DNA from: the human T2T-CHM13v2.0 reference genome, Homo sapiens
Assembly (NCBI RefSeq): GCF_009914755.1
Contig: NC_060931.1
Strand: one strand, 5' to 3'
DNA: 64,000 nucleotides
Numbering within the stretch: position 1 is the first letter of the stretch; every line of letters begins with the position of its first letter. Below, piece after piece: positions 1 to 14,447 of the stretch. The notes below the pieces were generated by a model that made no database searches, was not told where the DNA came from, and saw nothing but the letters and a program-made list of their open reading frames with translations. The position numbers were made by a program, and so were the translations under genes.

Positions 1-2626
<2,626 letters not shown>

Positions 2627-2769
2627 TATGTCTTTAAATAAGCTTTCTACCCTTTTATCTTTTTTACTCCTTCTTAAACTCCTGAGACTCAAAATTTACC
2701 CTTTGATTCTATTCTATGAATCCCATAAGCTTTCTTTATTCCTTTTCATTCTTTTTTCCCTTACATTGT

Positions 2770-2900
2770 TTTTATATTTATTATTTTAATAATATATTTA
2801 TTATATTATATATTATATTAATATATAATATATAATTAATATATAAATGTATAAGATATTAATGTATTTATTATATATTATATTAATATATTTATTATAT
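2770..2900. repeat. AT-rich low-complexity tract
   Basis: Nearly pure A/T with TATAT/TATT units. Confidence 0.85.
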
Positions 2901-3499
2901 TTCCCCTTATATTTTCAAATTACCTGTCTTCAAGTTCATAAGTTCTTCTGCTTGATCAATTCTGCTGTTGATGTTCTCTGTTCCATTTTTCATTTTGTTT
3001 TTGTGTCTTTCAGTTCCAGTATTTTTGTTTGTTTTTTTAAAATCATTTCAGCCTCCCTGTTAAATGTCTTATTCTGGCCACTTATTGTTTTCCTTATTTC
3101 ATTGAATTGTTTCTCTGTATTTTCTTGAAGTTTGCTAAGCATCCTCAAAACAATTATTTTGAATTCTTTGTCAGGCAGTTCATATATCTCCTTTTCTGTA
3201 GGGTCAGTCACTGGCACATTATTTTGACCCTTTGGGAATGTCATGTTTGCCTGATTATTTTTGATTCTCAAGGTCATGCATCAGTGTCTGTGCATTTGAA
3301 GGATATACATGCTTATTCCAGTCTCCACAGACTAGCTTTGTCTGATAAGTCCCTTCCACATTCATCTTACCCAGAGATTCTGGGCAGCCATCTGGCATGG
3401 CTCCAAAGCCCCAGTCCACTGTGGCTGATGTGGTGTTGGGGTATGCATGAAGCCTGAGGCGGCTTCAGCAGGCTGAAAGCCTTTGGCAGCTGAAGCCTG

Positions 3500-3553
3500 C
3501 CTGCCACTGAGAGCTGTCTGGAATCTCCTGCCACTGAGAGCTGTCTGGAATCT
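3500..3553. repeat. Perfect 27-bp tandem duplication
   Basis: CCTGCCACTGAGAGCTGTCTGGAATCT occurs twice in tandem. Confidence 0.95.
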
Positions 3554-4486
3554 GAGGCTGCTGAAGTCTGCATGATAGTGGTGTGAATCAGAGACTGAGT
3601 CCACCTAGCAGGCATAAAGCTGGAGGCTACAGGATCCTGCCTGGTGCTGGGGCAGGTCTGTAGGCTCAGTTTGCAAGTACCAGGCTGGCATCTAGGGTCA
3701 TGGGGGCCTGCCTGGTGCTGGATTTTACTTTAATGAGCCTGGTGTTGGGATCCAAGGAAAAGTCCTGTGCTTGCTTCCCGCTCCTTCTCCCCAGTTAATG
3801 GTAACTCTCTTTGTACTGTGCCACCTGGCATTGGTGATGTGGGTAATATAAAACTGTCCCTTTTGCCCTCTTCAATGTGTATTTTCTTATTATTGTGCTA
3901 CAACCAGGTTCTATGATTGCTCCATTGTTTTCCTTAGCTCTTATGAAGGTATTTTCATGCACGGTTATTCAAATTAATGTTTCTCTGGGAGGACAATTGC
4001 TGGAGAGTCATATTCTGCCATTTTGCTCCACCCCTCTCTTACCTTTTATTCCTATTTACTTTTTGATTGATGTATTCTATCTCCTCATTCTCTCTCTATC
4101 ATAATGATCTGGCACAGTGCTTTGCCCATCATTTGCAGTTGCTTATATGATGTTGACCAAAGTAGTTCCTTTGCCATTCATCCAGGAAACTGTATCCCAC
4201 CCACGTAAAAATAGTGTAGAAGGAAGAAAATAGCACCATTATCGCTCTCATTCTGAGGGGCTCATCTTTCAGAAACTCACCCGAAGAAATTTTAGAGTAC
4301 TAGGAAAATCTATGGCAGCATCTTTAATGTATCTGACGATGAAATATCGTGATGTGAATAGCAGGAATAAAACTTAATAAATATTATTTTATCCTTGGCC
4401 TAAGAATATGAAGATACTCTTTTATTCCTTGGGGTCTTGACCTACTTTGTCATCTGGCCAAATAATTCTTTGTCTCTGAGAATACC

Positions 4487-4888
4487 TTTCTTAGTCCATT
4501 TGTGCTGTTATAACTAAATATCACAGGCTGGGTAATTTATAAATAATATAGATTTATTTCTCACAGTTCTGAAGATTAGGAAGTCCAAGAACAAGGTACT
4601 GGCATTTGGTGTCTTGTGAGGGCCTTATTGCTGCACCCTCACATGGCAAAAGGGGCAAATGCTGTATCCTCACATGGCAGAAGGCAGACGGGCAAAAAAG
4701 TCCTAAGCTAGTTTCTTGTAGCCCTTTCATTAGGCATTAATTAATTCATGAGGGAATAGCCTTCATGATGTAATTACTTTCTAAAAGACCCCCCATCTTT
4801 TAATACTACAATTGGGGTTTTCAATATAAATTTGAAACTATGGGGTTTTCAATATAAATTTTGGAGGAGACACATTCACACCATAGCA
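4487..4888 (-). mobile_element. MaLR solo LTR (MSTD/MLT1A-like)
   Basis: TCTTAGTCCATTTGTGCTG..GGCTGGGTAATTTATAAA..CTCACAGTTCTG..AAGTCCAAG..ACATTCACACCATAGCA. Confidence 0.85.
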
Positions 4889-5849
4889 ACATCTGTTCCT
4901 GGTTTTATCTGCTTGCCTTTCAGGAATCATTCCTGCTCTAGAAACTGCCTAGTATTGAAATGACCCCTTTTGGTTTCCTGGCTTCTGAGTGCCACACTCT
5001 GGCTTCTGATTCAAGCTCCTGCCTCTGCCACCTTATCTACCTCTACTCCTCTCTTGCCACCAGATCTAACCGATGTACCATCAGCATTATAATATCCAGT
5101 TGTTAAACACTGTGATTGCTATTCAGAGACCATTGCTCAGTGTTATTTGTGATTCACAGTTTATGGAATCTCAAGAATTTCTTCAATTCCTGAAGTGTAT
5201 TTTAATTCTGGCTCTTCTGTCTCTTGGTACACGTTCTTGCATTCTCATACTAAAACAAAATATTCAACTAATCTCAGAGTAGATATATCTTGCAGCTTTA
5301 CCTTCCAATATTTGTAATATGCACAAAAGGTATAATATTCTCTGATATGCGCCTTTATTTAGGATTAGCTGGTGACATCTATGGAATTCTCATGGCAGCC
5401 ATCTTACCTAGAACTTCGGCTGTCTGAAGCCAGTTCTCCAGTGCTGTCATATTCCTTTATAAGTCAAAGAAGTAGTACAGCTCTCTTTTTGCAATTTTTT
5501 TTTTTACTTTTCTTAAATATGAAGCGCAGAAACATCAAGTTGGCTATATATAATTCATTGTTGTCAGAAATCAGAGTATCCGAATGTGAATTGTATAGTA
5601 TCTAACTGATTCAGGTGGACTTTAGTGACGCTCTTGCTAGTGGTGGAAGTCATGCGAAGGTGTTCTGAGAGCTTTCATAACCCCTGGGAAACTTGCAGGT
5701 GATGGGGTCTCTCCCCTTGAATCCATCCTTCATCTGTGAGATTTAGCACCTGCTTGGAGCAAGTGGCATCAATGAAAATCAATATTCATGACAGAAGCCT
5801 TTCTCTTTTTCCCTGTTCAATATTATCTCTGAACATTAAGAAAATTAAG

Positions 5850-7400
5850 CATAGGAAAACTGGATATCCACTGGCAAAAGAGTGAAGTTGGACCCCTACC
5901 TCACATTATATACAAAAATTAACTCAAAATAGAACACAGACATAAATGTGAGAGCTAAAACTATAAAATTCTTAGGAGAAAACATAGGTTTAAGTCTTTG
6001 TGTCCTTGGGTTAGGCAATGATTTTTTTAGATATGTTACCAAAAGCACAAGCAACCAAAGAAAAAATAGATATATTGGATTTTATTAAAATTGAAAATAT
6101 TTGCACTTCAAAATAAACCATAAAGAAAGTAAAAAGGCAGCCCACAGAATGGATGAAAATATTTGCAAGTCATGTATTTGATAAAGTTCTAATATCCACA
6201 GTTATAAACATTTCTTACAACTCAACCATTAAAAAAAAACAAATAACCCAATTTTAAAATGGACAAAAATTCAAATAGGCATGTTCTCCAAAGAAGATAT
6301 ACAAATGGTCAGTAAGCACAAAAAAGGATACTCAACATCATTAGCCGTCAGAGAAACACGAATCAAAACCAAAGTGAGATATCACTTCATATTCACTGGG
6401 ATGCTATAATCAAATAAACAGATAATAAAAGTTGAGGAGGTTGTAAAGCAATTAGAACGCTAATACACTGCTAGTGGGAATGTAAAATGGTACAGACACT
6501 TTGGAAAATAATTTGACAGGTCCTCAAAAAGTTAAATATATAATCACCTGCCATGTGACCCAGCAGCTCCACTCCTAGATATGTATTCAAGATAATTGAA
6601 ACTGTCTACACAAAAATGTGTACAGCCATCTCTCCATATCCTCGGGGGATTGGTTCTAGGAATTCCCCCATTCCCAGTTACTAAAACCTGAGTATGCTCA
6701 AGTTCTTTATAGAAACTGGTGTAATATTTGCATATAATCTATGTACATCCTCCTGTATAAATTAAAACATCTCTGTATTATAATACCTAATACAATGTAA
6801 ATGTTACATAAATTGTTATACTGTATTTTTAAAAATTTTTATTTTTAAAAATTGTGATATTGTTTATCTTTGAATATTTTTGATCAGCAGTTGGTTGAAT
6901 ATGCACATGTGGAACTTGTGGATTCAGAGGGCCAACTGTATACAAATGTTTGTAGCAGCATTATTCATAATAACCCAAAGTGGAAACAAACAAAAAGTCT
7001 AACAACTGATGAATGGATTAAAAGTAATGTATAACCATACAATGAAATCTTATCCATCAATAGAAAGAATGACATAATGATACATGCTACAACATTGTTG
7101 AATCTTGAAAATGTTAGACTAAGTAAAAATAGTGAGACAAAAAGGCTACATCTTTTATTATTCCATTTATTTCAAAGTAAGTAGAAAACATATTATTAGT
7201 GGTTGTCAAGGGCTAGGCGAGGCGGGAATGGGGAGTGACTGCCAGTAGGCACAGGATTTTTGAGAGGGTAACGAAAAGGTTGTGTAATTAGATAGTGGTG
7301 ATGGTTGCACAATTTTGTGAATATACTAATAACCATTAAATTATACAGTTTAAATAAGGAAATTTCATACTGTGTGAACTTTATTTTAACAAAAAAAATT
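5850..7400 (+). mobile_element. L1M (L1MB-like) ORF2 3' end and 3'UTR, interrupted by MER2
   Basis: Typical L1 motifs (TTGGACCCCTACCTCACA, CAAAAGCACAAGCAAC, TCTCCAAAGAAGATATACAAATGG, GTGGTGATGGTTGCACAA) ending in an A-rich tail near 7395. Confidence 0.88.
6623..6938 (+). mobile_element. MER2 (TcMar-Tigger MITE) nested in L1
   Basis: CAGCCATCTCTCCATATCC..GGGGGATTGGTTC..GGATTCAGAGGGCCAACTG, with TA on both sides (6621-22, 6939-40). Confidence 0.85.
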
Positions 7401-8804
7401 AAGGCAGCCTTGATCTTAAGTCTCTGGTCAACCACCTCTGCTGCTTCTCCGTGCCTTTCATAACCAGCTCCCCATCCAGTCCTTGACATGTCAAAATTAT
7501 TTTTCCATTTAAATTTTTGGCCTTTATTTTTCAAGGTAACTAGAAAGTTTCTTTGAAATCTAGTGGGTTTTCTTTAGGCCTTCATCACATGTAGGCACAA
7601 AACAGTGCCTCTCCTCTTATTTCAGGATGTAGATGCAATGATTCCAGAAGCTAACGATCCATTGTTTATGGTTCTGAAAGGAATGGAGCTCTTTTCAGAA
7701 CATGTGGAGAAAGCCAGGGCATTCCAGCTTAGTAAATAACTCTATGCTTTGCAAGAATTTATTATTCATAGTACTAAAAATAGTACTTAAAGTTTTCATA
7801 ACATCCCAAAATATCATTCACGTTTTTCTCAAAATTTCCTTTATCTTTGAAGTGAGAGAAGAGCCACATAGAATATATTTTTTAGAATTCCATTGGTAAT
7901 GTACATGTTTCTCATGCTTTTATTTGGGAGTAAGTTTGTATAATCCTAACTTTCTTCAGCTTTAGTAGCTATCGTAGATCATCCTTATATCACACTTGGA
8001 GCTTCACCTTTTTTTGGATAATACAACTTTATAAGTAGCTAGCAAAGCCATGCTAACCTTATTGTGAGTGGATAGACAAAAGTGTCAATTGAACCAGAAA
8101 TGGAAAGGGGAATGGGGACAGTGATTCATACAATGGAGTAGTTTTCTTCTTGTGATTCATAATGTCCAATCAAGGACAAATGGACAGAACCTGGGTGGAT
8201 TGGACTATGCTAGTGTTAAATTGGAAATCTTTGCACCTTGAGCAGTGGCAAATAACCTTCTCAAACTTCAAGTAGCTTTATTTTTTATTCTTTAGTAAGA
8301 CCTGATTTTTCTTTTCAGAAGAAACATTTCAACTTTCTTGCAATATGGCTTTGCTCAGCCAGCTTTCCCAGCCAAGTTGACAGGACAAGGTGAAAAGAAA
8401 CTCTCAGGGGAAAGTCAAACCCTAGCTCTGGGGAGATGTTGGCTCCAGGTCACTTCAGGACAAGACCAAGTCAGCTTGTCAAGGATCTGTGGTTCCACTG
8501 CCCGGTCTGGAATCATCTGTCTGACTTTTTAGTTTTTTATCTAGCAAAGGTTCTTGAGCCAGTTTCTTAATATTTTGTATACTGCAATCTACTTTCTGTA
8601 GCCCTCTTCTTCTCACCTTTTCCCTCATCTCTTTACCTGGCTTGTTTCATAGAACTTCATAATGAAGTTCAAAGACGTCTGCCCATTCAGTGGCACTAAA
8701 GCCTCTAGAATAGCCTGGGATCTGATGGCAGGGTGGGGAAGCTCAAACAGGTCTGCCTAAACAATGAAGTTTTCATCTCTCCACTCTATCTAGTATTTTT
8801 AAGC

Positions 8805-9022
8805 CAGTGATACTCAACCTTTAGCAGGCATCAGAATCACCAGAGTAAGGGGTTGTGGGGAAAGGGGGAAGGTGGACAAGCTTCCTAAAACAGATTGCCA
8901 GACCCCAACCCTGAAATTTCTGACTCAGTGGGTTGGGGTGGGGACTGTGAATTTGCCTTCTAACCGTCTCCCAAGTGGCACTGCTGCTGGTGGGGTCAGG
9001 GACCACACTTTGGGAATCTCTG
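8805..9022. mobile_element. MER5A (hAT-Charlie)
   Basis: CAGTGATACTCAAC..GCATCAGAATCACC..TTTCTGACTCAGT..GGACCACACTTTGGGAATCTCTG. Confidence 0.8.
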
Positions 9023-9456
9023 CTCTAGGATTTCTCGAATTTTGGTTTACTCTTGGCACAATTAATCCAAATATATGAAGCTTTATTGTACTGCATAGGT
9101 GATATTGAATGTTTGTTTTCCCACGGTTACTTAAAGCATTATAGTTCAGTAATTTTAAAGTTTCAATAAACCCTTTTATTTTACCAAGGTGAAAATACAC
9201 CACATGATTTTAAAATGATGCCGTGTCAACCAGGACATACATAATTTGAGTCTCAATTTATATTTCTACATTGTTTCTACCTTTTCTCCTTCTCTTCCCT
9301 TTTTTCCTCTCTACCTTCCTGCCTCAAACATTTATTTAGTGCCTGCTCTGTACCTGACGCTAAACTAAGGCCCAGGGTATGGCATAAATTAGTAAGGGAT
9401 AAATAAGTATCTTTGCAGTCTAGTCATGGGTGAGAGACATGAAAAAGAAGTGAATA

Positions 9457-9792
9457 CGGTCATGTGTCACATAATGATATTTTGGTCAATGACGCACTGT
9501 GTATTATGGTGGTCCTGTATGATTATAATACTGTATACTTACTGTACCTTTTCTATTTTTAGATACACAAATACTCAACCATTGTGCTACAACTGCCTAC
9601 GGTATTTAGTACGGTAATATGCTGTACAGGGTTGTAGCCTAGGAGCAATAAGCTATCCCATCTAGCCTAGACGTATAGTAGGCCATACCATCTAGGTTTG
9701 CGTAAGTGCGGTCTGTGATATTTGCACAATGACAAAGTTGCCTAACATGCAATTCTCAGAAGGTGTGCCCATCATGAAGCCACACATGACTG
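9457..9792 (+). mobile_element. Tigger3a/MER7A MITE
   Basis: TIRs CGGTCATGTGTCACATAATGA / TCATGAAGCCACACATGACTG, with TA on both sides. The internal sequence matches Tigger3 ends. Confidence 0.88.
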
Positions 9793-10329
9793 TACAGTGA
9801 CATGTACCAAGGGCTATGGCAGCAGTATCTGGGTGTACAGTGAACAGGGCATAAGCTATGCAGGAGGGGTGGTGGGATGGCAGGAAAGGTAGCACAGAGT
9901 CGGAACTGAGGAACCAGCATAGAGTCTGCAGCCTAACTAGAAGGCACGGGAACTGCAGTGGTATGAATGCCACAGTGTTGTCTTGCTCTTCCTCCTTTGC
10001 TTAGTTTAACTTAGAGAAATCCCTAAGCAAAAGGTCTTTGCTATGAAAGGACGACACCTTCTGGTCATCCTTTCTGGACTGGCTAGGGCTGGGAGTGATT
10101 GTATGGTACTTAACTCAGAAACATAATCCTTTCATTATGTCCTAACAATCTAAACCAGGCTACTTCTCAATAATTCTTTCTCATGCTTCTAAAATGACCA
10201 CACGTGCTTGGACCACTATATTAGGTTTTAAGAAGCATGCCTCAATGAGTGGATGGTCATAAGGCATTAGAGAACACGCAGGAAAACAAGGTTTTTAAGT
10301 ATAGTTTCAAAGTTTTTAAGTACATGGCC

Positions 10330-10520
10330 CTGGGACTTACTCTTGCATAGAGCCAAAGCCCAACTCTGTCACTACCTTTGTGATTTTGGAAAATTTCTTA
10401 ACATCACTTGAACCTCAGTTTTCTCATCTGTAAAATTGGAATATGAGATAAAATTTTAATGAGGATAAAATAAGATGATGTATGAAAAGCGTCTGGCATA
10501 TTGTAAGTCCCTGGTTACTA
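10330..10520 (+). mobile_element. MIR
   Basis: MIR core AACCTCAGTTTTCTCATCTGTAAAATTGG. Confidence 0.7.
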
Positions 10521-11129
10521 AAACAGCAGCAAAATAGGCACAAAGAATAGAAGCATTTGATATAAATGCAGCTTCATCCATCCAGAGATCATATGGAAAG
10601 ATACAGTAATCTACCAGTACCCTCTAAGAAGTGTTATAAGGAATTGCTTTAAAATTATAAATTATTTGAGACAGATTCACCCTCAAGCCAGAAGAACCAC
10701 AAGCTTATCAGTGTGTCAGATGATCAGTACATTGGGAAAACCTAATGATGACAACTCAGCTTTTATTTTGATGTCTTAGGTACAAGTCAGACCCTGAACT
10801 CACAAACATAGCATCAGTGAAAAACTGGTTGAAACTTTTCAATGGTTGTTGAGAAAAGAAAAGGTTTTGTTTTAGTGGGATAAACACACTTACTCCACCT
10901 ACGTTTTGAAAACAGATGTTTCAAAGGAAAAGAAGTTAAGGAAAAGCAAATGAACTCTCCCAAGCAGCCACATCCTATCCATGTGCCCATATAAAGAAAT
11001 TAGGAGTATGATTCTCATTTTGTTGTCAGAGATCATCTTCAACTCTACTATCTTAAGGAATCTTTAATGTAGGACACTCCTAAATCTGCTTTCTCTGATT
11101 TTCTTTTACAAATATAAACATTATTATAA

Positions 11130-11390
11130 TCATCAGAACAGATAAAGTAGAGCTGCTTGAGCCAAGAGCCACTTGATATATACCAGGCACTAAACTAAGT
11201 GCTATGTAAGCATTAGCTTCATTCAGTCCTCACAACTCAATGACAGGTACCCATTTTACAGATAAGAAACATGAGGCTTAGAGAAGTTTGTCACTTGTCC
11301 AAAGTTTTCCCCTACCATTCAGCTGTATGTTCAAAGCAGAACTATGAACCCAGTTTCAGAATGAGTGCATGACATCACCATTGTGCTGTA
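11130..11390 (-). mobile_element. MIR
   Basis: CCCATTTTACAGATAAGAAACATGAGGCTTAGAGAAG. Confidence 0.7.
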
Positions 11391-12649
11391 TGGTCTCACC
11401 TGCTGGTTTCAGTCCGCCATGGTGGAGTATCACATTACACATCAGCCTCCTGTTGCCCAGCACCTGTTGCTGGTCCCAAACGAGATAGGGCTGCAGCTTA
11501 CGTCATGTTAGCAGGATGCCCTGAAATCCCTGCCTGTAGAGGTAGCTACCACTTAACCAGAGCTGGAGCTCCCTGGGTCTCATGCAGGTGCCCAGGGCAG
11601 TTGAGGGTTTAGGGTGATCTCTCTGTGCTCAGGTGGCCTCAATTTGAAGTGGATTATTTTCCACTTCCTTGTTTATAATAAAGACTGATCTACTGGGGCC
11701 TCAGAAAGACACTGGGCTACTAAGCAGCGGAGAGGCTTTGCCTCAAGCAGTCCTGCAATGTCTTTTCATGTTTTCTTCTTTAGGTGCTTCAAGAAAGACC
11801 CACTTCAGGCAGGAAAACATTCTTTTCTGACCCAGGGAGGTTTTAAAATAATACCTTGAATGTCTTACTTTGAAACTTTGAGGATTTTCCCTCATTTGGT
11901 GATTTTGTTTCTGATATATGGTATGTGCTTTCCCCATTTCTGTGTAAGAAGGGAGCAAGGTTTGTCACTTGTGCAAAGCTCAGCCTGGGCCCAGCCTGGA
12001 CTCTCTTGCATTCTGTGTCCCAGAGCTCCCAGTGAAACAGGCCCATGTGGTTCAGGCCTGCGTGGAGCCTGGGCTCCAGTCACGGTCACTTAGAACACAG
12101 AGACAGCCAGCGAGGCTTGTCCTCTAACCAGCGTTTGTTTGTTTATTTGCTTGTACCTACTTTGAGCACATCTTAGATCTCATCTCAATTGTGTTAGTAA
12201 CTCATAGACAAGAAGAATTTTTGTTTTCCTACAGTGTTTGGGAAATTGTATGTGAAAATTCCTAACTGTGCCATGCATTTTCTCACTTTATTCCTATTAA
12301 TAATAATTTAAAGAAAAAGAAATAAGGCTGTGCCATCCGCTAGTAACAATTAAGGACAATAATATGCATAGAATATACTTCTGTTGCTCCTAGAGAGCTA
12401 GGGAATGCAAGATTTTGGCTAAATGGGTAGTATACCTTTTTTTTCTTTTTCTCCCACAGAGACGCATGCACTCCATGCCTGGAAATTTTTAGAAATAGAA
12501 TATGTCCAATACTAATAACATAATATCTATATACTAAAAACAATGTTCCAGAAGCTGTTTTAAAATACATATGTTTGTAAATTATGTACATATGACTACA
12601 TAATATATATGTGGCATATGCATTATGTGTATGTGGTACATAGACATTA

Positions 12650-13110
12650 CCCATAACAATTAGAAAGTACCTCTGTCTCCGTTTTACAGATGAGGAAGCT
12701 GAGGCACAGAGAGATTAGTGACTTGTTCAAGATGAGACACACGCTGGTAAATGGTGGGGCTAGGGGTTATGTATTTAATCACCAGGTGATACTACTATAC
12801 CTCCACGACTGGATGTTTCCTGGGTGTCTCAGGAGGCACTTCGATTTTTGCAGTAACTCAAGAACTCACCAGTAAGAACCTTAGTTAGGAGTTCGAGTTG
12901 GTAGGAAAACAACGGACCAAGACTCATAACCTTTCTTCTACAATTTACGAGTTGTATATACTTGGGCACATCTCTTAACGGAATCTCACTATCCTCATCT
13001 GTAAAATGGAGATTATAACATCTATCCACATACTTCATAGAGGTGTCATAAAGGCACGTAACATAATGAATCTAAAGACCCCTGAAAACCCTTGAAGTGC
13101 TACATAAATA
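12650..13110. mobile_element. Two MIR fragments in opposite orientation
   Basis: TTTTACAGATGAGGAAGCTGAGGCACAGAGAG (~12682) and TCCTCATCTGTAAAATGGAG (~12992). Confidence 0.7.
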
Positions 13111-13762
13111 TTCAGAAATGGTTTCTTACATGGTCATGGTTAGGTCTGGAATGCTGTGCTAAGGCTTTATCACTCTGAGCCCAGTGCCCCCTTTCACTCA
13201 TCTGTGCTATATCAATGTGTCTTTCAAGCAAATTCACATGCTAATCTGTGTTAGTTCCTATTCTGCAGAAATGAGAAGTGTTAAACTCATTCTTTAAATA
13301 TAATCCCCTCACTGCTATGATAGAGAATGTGTTACACCATTAAAGAACCCACCTCTCTTTTTTTTTTTCAAATTTAAGAAGCATTACTTTCCTTTTCTCC
13401 TTCTTTCCTAAGAGACTAGAATCCTGTATTGCAAATGGAAGTTCCCTCAATAAATTTTAACTGAGTAGAATCTGGGATGCTCAGAATGGAAGAGGTCTCT
13501 TGTAAGCTGGACCAAGACTTTACAGATAGGAAAGCTGAGGGTCTTATCTGACATCACCCAGCCTATTAGGGCCAACGTGGGCCAAGAGCCCACGTGTCCT
13601 GACTTCCAGCCCAGAGCCAGTTCTGCTTCATGACCCTGCCCCTTGCACTCAGAAGCTGAGGGTATTTGTGGTTTGTTTGTTTTAGTGCTTTCTTTTATTA
13701 CTGATAGCTCTTCTGCAAGGAATGCCTCCCCTCTCTAAGCATTTATTCTTTGTTACTTACAG

Positions 13763-13878
13763 AAGAAGACTGCATAAACTGGGCGTGTCAAAGGTCACCC
13801 AAGTGGATTTCCTGCCAAGGGAAGTAGTGTCCTACTCAAAGGAGACCCAGACTCCTCTTGCCACGCATCAGTCTGAAG
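13763..13878 (+). CDS. DYNC1I1: Internal coding exon of cytoplasmic dynein 1 intermediate chain 1 (probably exon 6), 116 nt, phase 2 to phase 1
   Basis: Translation [38 protein letters not shown] matches the DYNC1I1 light-chain-binding region (Tctex1 site [13 protein letters not shown]8 site KETQTP). It is flanked by acceptor ttattctttgttacttacAG (AG 13761-62) and donor GAAG|gtaaac (GT 13879-80). Confidence 0.96.
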
Positions 13879-14244
13879 GTAAACTATGTCTTTGGCTTAC
13901 TTTCCATATTATCTCTGGAGAAATCGCTGGGAAGTAACATCTTTCTTGTTGATTTCCTCTTACCATAAGAGCTCTTCATGGGATACAAACATAATGACAC
14001 TGAAAGCCAAAGCCTCTTCTGAGTTTGAAAGCTATGGAGAGGGAACTCGGTGATACTCTTCCAAGTGACCTGGCAACTTTAAATTAGATAAACTAAAGAG
14101 GTTTATCTCACTACATCGAAATCATGTGAGGAGAACAAAAATCATCAAAGAACAATGTAATAGAAACAGTGCTGAATTTTATCAATAAGAATACATTAAG
14201 CATACATTAAGAATCTTAAGCATACATTAAGATTCATCATTTAC

Positions 14245-14447
14245 ATGGCTTAGCAAACTATAGCCCACCACCTGTTCCTAGAAATAAGGTGTTGTTGGAA
14301 TACAGCTATATCCAACCATTGACTTCTGTGGTTACTTTCTTGCTGCAGTGGCAGGGTTGAGTAGTTGTGAAAGAGACCTTATGGCTCACAAAGCCTAAAA
14401 TCTTTATTATAACCTGGCCCTTTACAGAAAACCTTTGCTGACCACTG
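14245..14447 (+). mobile_element. MER58A (hAT-Charlie)
   Basis: GCAAACTATAGCCC..GTTGAGTAGTTGTGAAAGAGACC..CTGGCCCTTTACAGAAAA..TTTGCTGACC. Confidence 0.82.

Larger units (their letters stand above)
2629..4040 (-). mobile_element. Old L1 (L1M-type) 5'UTR/ORF1 fragment
   Basis: Minus ORF 2990-3277 (EIYELPDKEFKIIVLRMLSKLQENTEKQFNEIRKTI..ILELK) resembles the L1 ORF1p N-terminal coiled coil. Confidence 0.8.

Noticed and set aside
13722-13937. 71-aa ORF as a standalone gene or truncated isoform
   Set aside because: Only the middle matches DYNC1I1. The flanks are intronic read-through beyond canonical splice sites.
14188-14235. TAAGCATACAT short repeats as a CRISPR-like or structured array
   Set aside because: Only about three 11-bp units with no unique spacers, in eukaryotic DNA; consistent with replication slippage.
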